From assembly GCA_035510735.1 (NCBI GenBank), contig DATKGN010000002.1, positions 3,275 through 67,274 on the forward strand: DNA of 64,000 nt, given 5' to 3'. The position numbers and the translations under genes are program-made. This DNA comes from Patescibacteria group bacterium. GTDB lineage: Bacteria; Patescibacteriota; Microgenomatia; UBA10105; UBA927. The notes beneath the pieces were generated by a model that ran no database searches, had not been told where the DNA came from, and saw only the letters and a program-made list of their open reading frames with translations. This document shows, one piece after another, positions 1 through 9,111 of the stretch; the first letter of the stretch is position 1, and each line of letters starts with the position of its first letter.

Positions 1-479
1 AAGCATAAAATCCAACTCCTCGTACAGTGCAGGGGTAAAAAAATGGAATTGTTTGGATGGCAGCGTTTCCCCTTCTATGAATTGTTCCGTAATTATTTGA
101 GGATATTGAGCAACTTGATCCGCAAATAAAATCAGAAAACAATCAACCACAATTTGGCACCGGATACGAAACCCCTTCGACCGTTTTCTATCTTCCCGCA
201 ATCGGGCAAGATAGTGTTCTTGCCAACCGCCATATTCATTCCGAGTATAGTCTCTGCCTTTTCTGGCAAGAAAGTATACCGCTGGTTTAGTAAGGGTTCC
301 ATAAATCGGAGTAAAGTCTCGATCTATATATTCCTTCTCCACTAAATCTTTTAACCACGCATTAATTCGTCTGTGATCTTTATGCTGTAGAAATGTCTGT
401 AGTTGTTTACTGTTGATAAATCTGAAAGTAAAAATAAGGGTAAGTATTGTTTGTTGTTTTTTAGTTAGTATTTTAGCCA
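1..479 (-). CDS. Replication-relaxation family protein (plasmid/mobile-element type), N-terminal part only; gene runs off the window start
   Basis: Minus-strand ORF starting at ATG (complement of 477-479) with no stop before position 1, so it is absent from the ORF track. Hand translation MAKILTKKQQTILTLIFTFRFINSKQLQTFLQHKDHRRINAWLKDLVEKEYIDRDF... matches the N-terminal winged-helix pattern of replication-relaxation (PF13814-like) proteins. Confidence 0.45.
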
Positions 480-749
480 TATGAATATATAGACGAGCAG
501 GAGATAATGATTACTATGTGATTACGTAGAGAAGAGCAGAATGTATATGGTTTGTAACGCCAGGGAACCCCTTTCCCTATTACTTGTAAAGGATAATACC
601 ATGGCACCCCAATCTGAATCAAGGCTAGAACTGTTGTATATTCGCCTAAATTTGTCCCAGAAGGGTGGGACAAAAATACTAAACCGCTGATACTAATATT
701 GTAGTGAGTTTTTCCCTATTTCTCGTCCTTCATTTGTCCGTTCTGAAAA

Positions 750-1700
750 GTCTTGCTATAGTATGGGTATGGGAAAGATAACGCTCTCAAAGTTTCAAGA
801 GATTATCCAGGCAGCTGCACAACCCGTGAAAGAATCAGGGAAAAAAGTGGTTCGAGAGAAGAGCGGTGGTTATAGCGGTAGGAAAACTCGTCAACATACA
901 GCTGTAAGTACTTCGGGGAAACGGCGTGATATGTCCCATGAATAGACCGCTTAAGTTGTGACCAAAATCCCTCAATAGTGTTGGTGTGAACATTTCCTCG
1001 TACGTATTCTTTTAGGCCGTGACTAATCACGTCATGTTGATATCCTTCTCTTGTAAGGCTTCGATAGGGCAAGTACTCATCGCTCATGATGTGGGTTCCA
1101 ATTTGAATATGGCTTCGAATAATCGGCATGACGGTTTTCCGTTTCGTATCACCGGTCACTTTTGCTTGAACGATTCCCTTTCTTTCAACCATGCCAAACA
1201 CCGGCGTCTTATGTTCTGACCCGCGACCACGTTTGTTGTTTCCACCTTTACCTCCGACATAACTTTCATCCAGTTCGACTATTCCTGATAATAATTGTCT
1301 GTTTTGTTCAAAAAGCAATCGGATCTGTTTTGCCATTCTCCATGCACACTTATAGGTAACTCCTAATTGTCTTTGTAATTCCATAGCGGATACCCCGTTT
1401 TTCGAAGTTGAGAACAGATACAGAGCATAAAACCAGTTCTTAAGAGGCGTCTCCGATTTATGAAAAATAGTATGGGCAACGGGGTGTAATTGGAAACCAC
1501 AGAATTGACAACAATAACATTTACGCTCTTTAATCCGATTAAACTTTGTTTCTTTCTGACATTTAGGGCAAACTGTTATGCGTCCGTATCGCGCTTTAAA
1601 AATTTCATCGAGGCACACGTTATCATTGGGATATCGCTTATGGAAGTCATTGATGGTAAACTTCATAAGGCAAGTATAGCTTAAATACTAACTGTTGTCA
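750..1700 (-). mobile_element. IS1595-family insertion sequence (single transposase ORF; ends approximate)
   Basis: Contains only the 287-aa IS1595/ISXO2-like transposase. Candidate imperfect terminal inverted repeats lie near 754-770 (cttgctatagta) and 1671-1690 (caagtatagctt). The element abuts the truncated glycosyltransferase paralog. Confidence 0.55.
803..1666 (-). CDS. IS1595-family (ISXO2-like) DDE transposase with N-terminal zinc ribbon
   Basis: N-terminal CPKC...CCQFC zinc ribbon and C-terminal GFWSQLKRSIHGTYHAVSPKYLQLYVDEFSYRYNHR motif typical of IS1595 transposases. Confidence 0.85.
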   Translation of the reverse strand: MKFTINDFHKRYPNDNVCLDEIFKARYGRITVCPKCQKETKFNRIKERKCYCCQFCGFQLHPVAHTIFHKSETPLKNWFYALYLFSTSKNGVSAMELQRQLGVTYKCAWRMAKQIRLLFEQNRQLLSGIVELDESYVGGKGGNNKRGRGSEHKTPVFGMVERKGIVQAKVTGDTKRKTVMPIIRSHIQIGTHIMSDEYLPYRSLTREGYQHDVISHGLKEYVRGNVHTNTIEGFWSQLKRSIHGTYHAVSPKYLQLYVDEFSYRYNHRSSLEPLFSLILSRVVQLPG

Positions 1701-1735
1701 AGGGATAGTTACCTTTATTAATCCTCTCTTTTTTT

Positions 1736-2767
1736 GTCTTTTTAGGAACATTAACCAGATATGAAAACTGGGTAATAGCCATATCAATCGTTCTCGGAAT
1801 TATCCTAACATTTTATTCAAACAGGTCATTTAGCTGGATTAATTTCAAGAAACTTGAATCAAATTTAATCCTTTTCTCCTACTGCGCATTCTTTGGTATA
1901 GGACTTTGGTTTCTTTGGAATTTACTTATTTTTCACAACCCACTTTATTTTTTACATAGTGTCTGGTCCGCAGAAGCTTTTCAATTTGATTCTATTAAGA
2001 ACGGTTTAAACAAACCTTATCACAATGTCTATTATGCATTTATATATTATTTACATTCAGTTGCAGATGTAAGTTCATGGCTTTTGGTAGCAATGGGATT
2101 TATTGGAGCAATAACTATCCTCATCAGAAAAAGATCGTTAGAAGTACTTGCACTTATTGGGGTGTCTTTTTCGGTTTTTGTGTTTGAATCCTACTCGATA
2201 TTTAAAGGGAATACTACAATCTTTCTTCCAGAGTTATTTCCTTTTGACTACTACAATATTCGCTATGGTCTTTACTCTTTACCATTCTTTATTATGTTTA
2301 CCTCGTCTTTATTTATAATAAAAAATAAATTCATTAGTTTCCTAACCATATTAGTAATCATTTACGCTGTCGGCTTTCCTTTATATAAATTTAAACCCAT
2401 CACCTTAACAGATGCGATTGTATCCAGAAATGGTAATGCAGGGTATGAAAAAGTTGTACCAGAATATGTCACATTTTTTCATAAAAATTACTCTGGTGGC
2501 TTAATACTACTTTCATCGGGTGTCGCGAGTGATATATTACTCGAGGCAGATATAAATCTCAAAAATTATATAACAGAGGGTAATGGCAAATACTGGGATG
2601 GGTCACTTGTAAACCCTGAAAAATATGCATCGTGGGTTATATTAAATAAAGATACTTCAAATATAAGAAACCTTCTTGGAATAAAACTAATAAACTCACC
2701 GAAACTCGCAAAATATTACAACCTCATTTATAGCGATAACCAAATATTGATTTACAAAAGATTGTAA
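1736..2767 (+). pseudogene. 5'-truncated paralog of the GT-C glycosyltransferase at 2908..4416 (equivalent to residues ~170-502; first ~170 codons missing)
   Basis: Frame-2 reading is open from 1709 to 2767 (ORF track shows only the ATG-initiated part, 2084..2767). Its translation ...LGTLTRYENW...GIGLWFLWNLLIFHNPLYF...VTLTDAIVSRNG...GGLILLSSGVASD... aligns colinearly with ...LATLTRYDGW...GIALWLLWNLTIFHDALYF...VTLTDGILGLKN...GGLILTSLASHD... of the downstream gene. Homology begins abruptly next to the IS1595 element. Confidence 0.6.
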
Positions 2768-2907
2768 TAGGAACATGTTAACTTATATTTACCATCTTAG
2801 GTTCGAGTTGGTTTGTCCTATTTGGCTTTTTTTGTACAATTCATCTTTTCTCTACAATTGTAATTCAGTCTTGGGAATCCTAAAAACTCAATAGGAAATA
2901 AAACAAT

Positions 2908-4416
2908 ATGTGGGGCAACACAAGTAAAATAGAAAGAATATTATTTATCCTTCTCGTCTTGCTCTCAGTGGGAACATGGTTCGTTATCTTTCACGCCGGA
3001 TATGTGTTGACCTATAACGATGCCGCATCGCATCTCAATATCGCCCGTCGGGTTGTCGATAACCTCACTCCCGGTCTTGCTCAAATCGGGACGGTCTGGC
3101 TCCCGTTACCGCATGTTTTTATGCTTCTGTTTGCATGGAACGATATGCTTTGGCATACCGCCTTTGCCGGAAGCATTGTTTCTATGATTTCTTTTGTCGT
3201 ATGCGCATTTTTTGTCTATAAAACTCTGATGCTGCTTACAAAAAATAAATGGAGTGCTCTCATCGGCACTGCCATTGTCGCGTTCAATCCGAATTTGCTA
3301 TACCTGCAATCCACCCCCATGACAGAACCGTTATTTCTTGCAACATTCACACTGTCTATATATTTCTTTGTCCGCTATATGGAATTTGAGCAGATTGTCG
3401 ATCTTGTTCTCACCGGTGTCTGTGTCGCACTCGCAACGCTTACCCGGTATGACGGATGGTTCCTTTTTGTCGCCCTCCTTATAATTATTCCCCTACGGGC
3501 GTTGATAACCAAAAGTTCGAAGAAAGCAGAGGGTGCACTCTTTCTATTTGCCTGCATCGGCGGATTCGGAATCGCATTGTGGTTGCTATGGAACCTTACA
3601 ATTTTTCACGATGCCCTGTATTTCATCACAGGACCATATTCTGCGTATGCACAACAAAAAGTTCTTCGGAGTGTCGGCCAACTGCCGACACAGGGAAATC
3701 TGTTAACTGCTCTGTCTTACTTTACTTGGTCGGTTATCGATAATAACGGATTCATACTCACAGGGTTAAGCTTTATAGCAGTTTGTGTTCTTATCACACG
3801 GTTTAAAGACAAAAAGACGTGGTATCTTATATTGGCATTATCCTCTCCGTTTGTTTTTAACATCATTGCTCTTTTTACCGGCCAGTCCGCAATGAACGTC
3901 CCGCAAGCCGCCGCAAACCCCGGATATTTCAATATCCGCTACGGTATGTTGGTATTACCAAGTATCGCTATCCTAATCGGTATGCTTTCCGATCGACGAG
4001 TGTTCCGGTATATCGCTGTAATTGCAATTAGCATCCAGCTTATCTGGTTTGTTTTTTCCGGATATCCGGTCACACTGACCGACGGAATATTAGGGTTAAA
4101 AAATACGTATTATACGGTGGAAGCAAGCACGTGGTTACGCGAGCATTATGCCGGAGGACTGATATTAACAAGCCTGGCGTCTCATGATGCCTTTGTGGCC
4201 CGTGCAGGTCTCCCGATGCGTAACTATATCCATGAAGGGACACGCGAGTACTGGCAAAACGCATTACTTCATCCGTCTCATCAGGCACAATATATCGCGA
4301 CACTTTCGTATCCGCCTGATGTGGTCTATCGGGCGCTCGCGAAAAATCCGGATTTTATCAAAAATTACACCCTCGTCCACAGCTATGGAACGTTTGGGAT
4401 CTATGAACGCAAATGA
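2908..4416 (+). CDS. GT-C fold membrane glycosyltransferase (PMT/ArnT-like, GT39/GT83-type), ~11-13 TM helices
   Basis: 502 aa and highly hydrophobic. The first extracytoplasmic loop has the acidic motif YNDAASHL expected for the DE-type catalytic loop of PMT/ArnT-like enzymes. A truncated paralog lies just upstream. Confidence 0.55.
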   Translation: MWGNTSKIERILFILLVLLSVGTWFVIFHAGYVLTYNDAASHLNIARRVVDNLTPGLAQIGTVWLPLPHVFMLLFAWNDMLWHTAFAGSIVSMISFVVCAFFVYKTLMLLTKNKWSALIGTAIVAFNPNLLYLQSTPMTEPLFLATFTLSIYFFVRYMEFEQIVDLVLTGVCVALATLTRYDGWFLFVALLIIIPLRALITKSSKKAEGALFLFACIGGFGIALWLLWNLTIFHDALYFITGPYSAYAQQKVLRSVGQLPTQGNLLTALSYFTWSVIDNNGFILTGLSFIAVCVLITRFKDKKTWYLILALSSPFVFNIIALFTGQSAMNVPQAAANPGYFNIRYGMLVLPSIAILIGMLSDRRVFRYIAVIAISIQLIWFVFSGYPVTLTDGILGLKNTYYTVEASTWLREHYAGGLILTSLASHDAFVARAGLPMRNYIHEGTREYWQNALLHPSHQAQYIATLSYPPDVVYRALAKNPDFIKNYTLVHSYGTFGIYERK

Positions 4417-5705
4417 AACGGAACATTCCCTATTTTGTTATCGTATGTATTTCCGTTTTTCTCGGCATTTTATTTTTTTCACCGAAGCAGGTTGTTCGTT
4501 CTGAGGGGCAATCACCGGCGATATGGCCAGTACGGTCGGTCGATACGATGAAAACATCCCGTGATATGGCGCGCGTGAAACTCAATGACCCGTCGTACGA
4601 TACATCGATTCAAAAAGAACTCACGCGTATAAAGGAACTCGGCGCCAACTACGTCACTATTGACACCCCATATGATGACGAGTTTTATCCATATCTCCTG
4701 CGGTGGGTCACCTTAGCGAGAAAAACCGGCCTGCATGTGTGGTTTCGCGGTAATTTCTCCGGGTGGGAAGGATGGTTTGACTATCCAAAAAATATTGATC
4801 CGCAGGAGCACCAACGGAGAACTGCTGAATTTATCGCCACCCATAGTGAGTTATTTCAGGACGGGGATGCGTTCGATCCGTGTCCTGAATGCGAAAATGC
4901 CGGGTTTTGGAAGCAACCCGAGGGAAATACCGCATTTAACGAGTTTATCATGAATCAACAGGTGGTTTTAAAAAATTCTTTCGATCAAATCCATAAGAAT
5001 GTTCATATAAACTGGACCTCTATTATCGGGGGCAGGGCAAAAGAGGTCTTAGATACTCAAGCGGTACGTGCCTTGGGAAATCTCATAACCATAGATCACT
5101 ATGTAAAAACTCCAAAGGACATGGAAACCTACATCAATTATTTTTCTCAATCGATGAAATCCGATGTACTTATTGGTGAATTCGGTGCGCCGATTCCGGA
5201 TATCAACGGCCCGATGACTGAGGACCAACAGGCAAACTTTGTTGATTCAATTTTCAATGTACTTTATGCAAAAAAACAATATGTCGAGGGAGTTAATTAT
5301 TTTGCGTTATCAAACGGTACGACAGAAATAATTGATGCTCTGGGAAATGTAACGAAAGCATATAACGTCATTAAGAAATATTATATTCCTGGACAAATTA
5401 CGGGTGACGTTACAAATACACTGGGTGATTTCGTATCGAACGAACCCGTTAAAACTATTGATGGAACAAATCAAACCGTTACGGATGCAAAAGGGAAATT
5501 TTCGCTCGTCGGGCCGGCCGTACCCACGACCATAGTCGTTGGCGGAAAGATATATCAGTCGCTGCAGTATGCGTTTGATCTCACGAATGGCGATACTATA
5601 CATAGTAACATCCAGTTATCACCAATAAAACCAAATAGAATCTACATTATCCGTTTATGGCTCCGTAGCTTTATTAATACGCTAAAACAAAGATTTACTT
5701 CGTAG
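4413..5705 (+). CDS. Secreted/anchored glycoside-hydrolase-like protein (TIM-barrel, clan GH-A-like) with C-terminal carboxypeptidase-regulatory-like beta-sandwich domain
   Basis: N-terminal signal/TM anchor. Shares the conserved core GANYVTIDTPYDDEF...HVWFRGNFSGWEGWF...LIGEFGAPIPDINGPMTEDQQ with the paralog at 6247..7500. The GEFG/GEIG motif sits where the GH-A nucleophile Glu is expected. The C-terminus (ITGDVTNTLGDFV...TDAKGKFSL) looks like a CarboxypepD_reg domain. Start overlaps the upstream gene by 4 nt. Confidence 0.4.
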   Translation: MKRNIPYFVIVCISVFLGILFFSPKQVVRSEGQSPAIWPVRSVDTMKTSRDMARVKLNDPSYDTSIQKELTRIKELGANYVTIDTPYDDEFYPYLLRWVTLARKTGLHVWFRGNFSGWEGWFDYPKNIDPQEHQRRTAEFIATHSELFQDGDAFDPCPECENAGFWKQPEGNTAFNEFIMNQQVVLKNSFDQIHKNVHINWTSIIGGRAKEVLDTQAVRALGNLITIDHYVKTPKDMETYINYFSQSMKSDVLIGEFGAPIPDINGPMTEDQQANFVDSIFNVLYAKKQYVEGVNYFALSNGTTEIIDALGNVTKAYNVIKKYYIPGQITGDVTNTLGDFVSNEPVKTIDGTNQTVTDAKGKFSLVGPAVPTTIVVGGKIYQSLQYAFDLTNGDTIHSNIQLSPIKPNRIYIIRLWLRSFINTLKQRFTS

Positions 5706-5857
5706 TCAATGCTTCCGGAGCGCACCCGATACTCGGAAACCTTGAGTCGGCAATTCGGTTTCTGACTTCCGAAAATTCCTTATCCGTAAGATACATTACA
5801 TCATAATTAACGTATATCCTGTAGTATGTAATTCAGGCTTAACTATAAAACTGCGTT

Positions 5858-6133
5858 ATGCATATAAAACAAATTCTTCTCATATTGTTCACTTCAAGTG
5901 TATTATCTACGTTCGTTATTTTGATTGTCATAGCATCAGGTGCTTTCTCAGTAAAGAGAAGTAATGAACAGGTGTTTAACCAATGTGAGGATTTCGAGAA
6001 AGAGGGCGTGATTCCTGAGAATAGTTGTAACTGTACAAAACATCTTTTTAAAAACTTTTCGGATAGTTACGATTGGACTGATTCCTGTAAAATTGTTCAA
6101 TCATCGTCATCTTTAAACATAGCTTTTAATTAA
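5858..6133 (+). CDS. Small Cys-containing secreted or membrane-anchored hypothetical protein
   Basis: 91 aa with an N-terminal hydrophobic helix and four Cys in the mature part. Sits between the two hydrolase paralogs. No recognisable family. Confidence 0.3.
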   Translation: MHIKQILLILFTSSVLSTFVILIVIASGAFSVKRSNEQVFNQCEDFEKEGVIPENSCNCTKHLFKNFSDSYDWTDSCKIVQSSSSLNIAFN

Positions 6134-6246
6134 CTTCAAATATTTCTACTTTACCCTTTAGGGTATTACAGTAATACTTTGCTTTATCTCTACAATCTTG
6201 TTATAAAAGATTAGGAGCATTCAAACCTGATTACCACTATCACATC

Positions 6247-7500
6247 ATGAAATTCAGACAATTTATCTTCATTGTTATCCTTTTGGTTCTCGGCCTGACC
6301 GCATACCGGTTTATGCAAAAGAAGGCGAATCCGATCACGGCGACTCAGACGGGGTGGTGGCAGATACAATCGATTGATACGATGAAGTACTCGCGGGACA
6401 TGGCGCAAGTAGGCCTCGAAGACCCGAAGTTTGATACGACGATTGACCAACAGTTGAAGGCGATCGCCATGACCGGTGCTAACTATGTGGCTGTGGGCAC
6501 GCCGTATGATGAAAAATTTATCCCCATGCTCACGCGGTGGGTGACGATCGCGCGGAAATATAATCTCCACGTCTGGTTCCGCGGCAACTTCGCCGGGTGG
6601 GAAGGCTGGTTTGATATGCCCAAAATCTCGCGTGAACAGCATCTGGCCATGTTAACGGAATTCCTCGCCCGGCACGGCGACCTGTTTGAAAACGGGGATT
6701 TATTTACACCATGTCCGGAGTGCGAAAACGGCGGGCCCGGCGACCCCCGTCAGACCGGAGACATCGAAGGATACCGGTTATTTCTCACGACCGAATACCG
6801 GATGTCAGAAGATTCCTTCAAACAGATGGGGAAGGATATAAAGATCTATGATTCCATGAACTATGACGTTGCAAGCCAGGTGATGGACCCTAGGACGACT
6901 CAAGCCCTGGGAGGAGTGGTCACCATAGACCATTACGTGGCGTCTCCTGACCAATTAGTGCATGATGTCCGCGCAATTGCCGATGCTTCGGGGGGCAGAG
7001 TTTTCTTAGGTGAAATCGGCGCGCCGATTCCCGACATTAACGGCGATATGAGCGATGCCCAGCAGGCCGAGTGGCTCCGAAGCGCCTTATCCAAATTAAG
7101 CAGCATGCCGCAGGTTATCGGCATCAATTATTGGGTCAATGTCGGCGGATCGACGGCGATTTGGGATGACCAGGTAAATCCAAAGCCCGCGGTTCTCGCG
7201 ATAACAACATTTTTCTCTCCTGAAATAATTACGGGCTCAGTAAAAGATCAGTATAACAATCTTATAGCAAATGCCAAAGTGCGCACGATGGAAAAGGCGG
7301 TATACACCGACACCTCAGGCAACTTCTCCATACCGGCCCTGCCGACTGATACACTTCTCTACATCTCAGCAGATAAATATGTTGATAAATCAATCAAAAT
7401 ATACGATAACACAAAAAATATGGACATCGTTATCGAGCGTCCGACGCAGTCTTCCGTCCAATCATTTTTGGATTACCTCCGAGGTCTTCTTTCCCGATAG
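6247..7500 (+). CDS. Secreted glycoside-hydrolase-like protein, paralog of 4413..5705, with C-terminal CarboxypepD_reg-like domain
   Basis: Signal anchor followed by GANYVAVGTPYDEKF...HVWFRGNFAGWEGWF...LGEIGAPIPDINGDMSDAQQ. The C-terminus (ITGSVKDQYNNLIANAKVRTMEKAVYTDTSGNFSIPALPTDTLLYISADKY) fits carboxypeptidase-regulatory-like domains. Confidence 0.4.
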   Translation: MKFRQFIFIVILLVLGLTAYRFMQKKANPITATQTGWWQIQSIDTMKYSRDMAQVGLEDPKFDTTIDQQLKAIAMTGANYVAVGTPYDEKFIPMLTRWVTIARKYNLHVWFRGNFAGWEGWFDMPKISREQHLAMLTEFLARHGDLFENGDLFTPCPECENGGPGDPRQTGDIEGYRLFLTTEYRMSEDSFKQMGKDIKIYDSMNYDVASQVMDPRTTQALGGVVTIDHYVASPDQLVHDVRAIADASGGRVFLGEIGAPIPDINGDMSDAQQAEWLRSALSKLSSMPQVIGINYWVNVGGSTAIWDDQVNPKPAVLAITTFFSPEIITGSVKDQYNNLIANAKVRTMEKAVYTDTSGNFSIPALPTDTLLYISADKYVDKSIKIYDNTKNMDIVIERPTQSSVQSFLDYLRGLLSR

Positions 7501-7505
7501 GGGAT

Positions 7506-7534
7506 TTGACAAGCCCATAATAGTGTGTTAGAAT
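7506..7534 (+). promoter_or_regulatory. Candidate sigma70-type promoter TTGACA-17-TAGAAT
   Basis: TTGACA at 7506-7511 and TAGAAT at 7529-7534 with a 17-bp spacer, about 40 nt upstream of the sortase-substrate gene. Confidence 0.45.
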
Positions 7535-7575
7535 ACACCCTATAGCTAAAACTACCAGGACCAACTGAAAGTTCT

Positions 7576-8232
7576 ATGAAACGATCTATTTATTACGGAC
7601 TTATTGGAGTCGTTGCCTCTGCCTTTGTGGCAGTTCCCTCTGTGTTTGCATCCGTGAGCGTCCCGAATTTTCCCTCCTGTTTAAGCCCGCAAGGTTCGGC
7701 AATCGCCTCCTATAACGACGGCGACCACGGAATTGTGGGAAGCGATGCTACCTACACCGGGAGCGATGCAGTCTACCAAGCGAGCGATATTACCCTTATT
7801 CAGTGCTTCTGTTCGACAAGCGGGCAGGGGATTCAGACCAACTGGTGGAGGGCCTCTAGCCTTACAAATGACGAGATCAAGGAGCTGGAATCAGAAGGCT
7901 GGACGTATGTCCCCTCAGGCACACCGTGGGGATTGGACGACGGTTTTTACCTTACCCAAAACAGCTCGTACAGCTGCTTGGCACCGACGCCGACACCGGG
8001 TGGCGGAGATGGCGGCGGGGGCGGTGGTGGCGGATCTTCATCCGGCGGCAGTTCCTCGTCCAGTAATTCGAGTTCCAGTAACACGGTCGTTGCGGGAGCA
8101 GAAACCAGTGAGGGTCAGATTCTTGGCCTCGCATCAACCGGTGACATCGTCAAAGTCTACGGCGTTTTTGCAATCGCATTTTTCTCACTTATCACGGGGT
8201 TTGCTCTTCTTAAACGGCACGAAAGCCGGTAA
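7576..8232 (+). CDS. Cell-wall-anchored surface protein (sortase substrate) with LAxTG-type sorting signal
   Basis: Signal peptide, a ~130-aa Cys-containing domain, then a Gly/Ser-rich linker (GGGDGGGGGGGGSSSGGSSSSSNSSSSN). The C-terminal sorting signal is LASTG, followed by a hydrophobic helix (IVKVYGVFAIAFFSLITGFALL) and a basic tail (KRHESR). Confidence 0.7.
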   Translation: MKRSIYYGLIGVVASAFVAVPSVFASVSVPNFPSCLSPQGSAIASYNDGDHGIVGSDATYTGSDAVYQASDITLIQCFCSTSGQGIQTNWWRASSLTNDEIKELESEGWTYVPSGTPWGLDDGFYLTQNSSYSCLAPTPTPGGGDGGGGGGGGSSSGGSSSSSNSSSSNTVVAGAETSEGQILGLASTGDIVKVYGVFAIAFFSLITGFALLKRHESR

Positions 8233-8237
8233 CCCCT

Positions 8238-8801
8238 ATGGCACGCTTTGCTGCCATTATATTTCTCACAATCGGATGTAGTTTCCTCGCCCTTGGACTT
8301 TTTCTCATGTGGCAGCGGAATGACCCCAACAGTCTCGCATTTTACGGACCGGACATGGTCACTCTACAGACGGCATCAGCGAGTGCGCAAATGCCTGTTC
8401 GGTTTTCTATTCCTGCGGCCCGCATCAATTTACCCGTGTATCCTTCCGTTATAACGGAACATACGTGGGCTGATACGAAAAAAGGCGTATCATTTCTCAA
8501 AACTTCACCGCTCCCGGGCGAAATAGGGAACAGTATTATCTACGGACATAATTGGAATGTGCTGTTGGGACGATTGACGACGGTGAAACCCGGGGACAAA
8601 ATTTTTGTGACGTATCCTGATTCGCTCAAAGTTTTTACCGTGCGCTTTACGGCAACGATATCACCCAATGAAACGTTTATTTTAAAGCCAACCACGGATA
8701 GGAGAATCACTGTCTACACATGCACCGGATTTCTTGACTCTAAACGGTTTGTCGTGACGGCAACACTCGACGAGCCAAAGACCCTCTCAACGGCAAATTA
8801 A
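8238..8801 (+). CDS. srtE: Sortase (class E-like transpeptidase)
   Basis: N-terminal TM anchor. Catalytic His in IIYGHNW, catalytic Cys in the TLXTC-type motif ITVYTCTGF, and a downstream Arg. Lies immediately downstream of an LAxTG substrate. Confidence 0.75.
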   Translation: MARFAAIIFLTIGCSFLALGLFLMWQRNDPNSLAFYGPDMVTLQTASASAQMPVRFSIPAARINLPVYPSVITEHTWADTKKGVSFLKTSPLPGEIGNSIIYGHNWNVLLGRLTTVKPGDKIFVTYPDSLKVFTVRFTATISPNETFILKPTTDRRITVYTCTGFLDSKRFVVTATLDEPKTLSTAN

Positions 8802-9111
8802 ATCCAGCCGCGAAAAGGGGGGTATCCCTTCCTCGCTTCTTATGTATATAGAAGAAGCACGATCTATATTAACAGTACGTTGTGTAATCTACAGCACATA
8901 CAGATTATTTTATTACCCCTACAGTGATAATAGATACCGTATTTTGCTTGACAGGATATAGCTGCCCACACATCCTTTTATCTCGCTATTTGTCATGATT
9001 ACGATAAAAATAGTCTGCTTGAGGCGCCTGAGCACCCGGCGCAAGGTCCTTATTTTCAGTCTCCTTCGCAGATAACTGCCCGGCCCCGCGTCTTCAGGTA
9101 TAATAAGCCCT

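Noticed and set aside
473-673. 66-aa minus-strand ORF with faint similarity (SH..(16)..QIG.xW...PL..V) to the N-terminal loop of the GT-C glycosyltransferase
   Set aside because: Only a short spaced match with no extended colinearity. It could be a remnant of the missing N-terminus of the truncated paralog moved by the IS, but the evidence is too thin; it is noted under the IS finding only.
7733-8281. 182-aa plus-strand ORF overlapping the sortase-substrate gene in another frame
   Set aside because: It is Arg/Pro/Ala-rich and is a by-product of reading the GC-rich Gly/Ser-codon tract out of frame. The overlapping frame has a clear signal peptide, an LAxTG signal and a matching sortase downstream.
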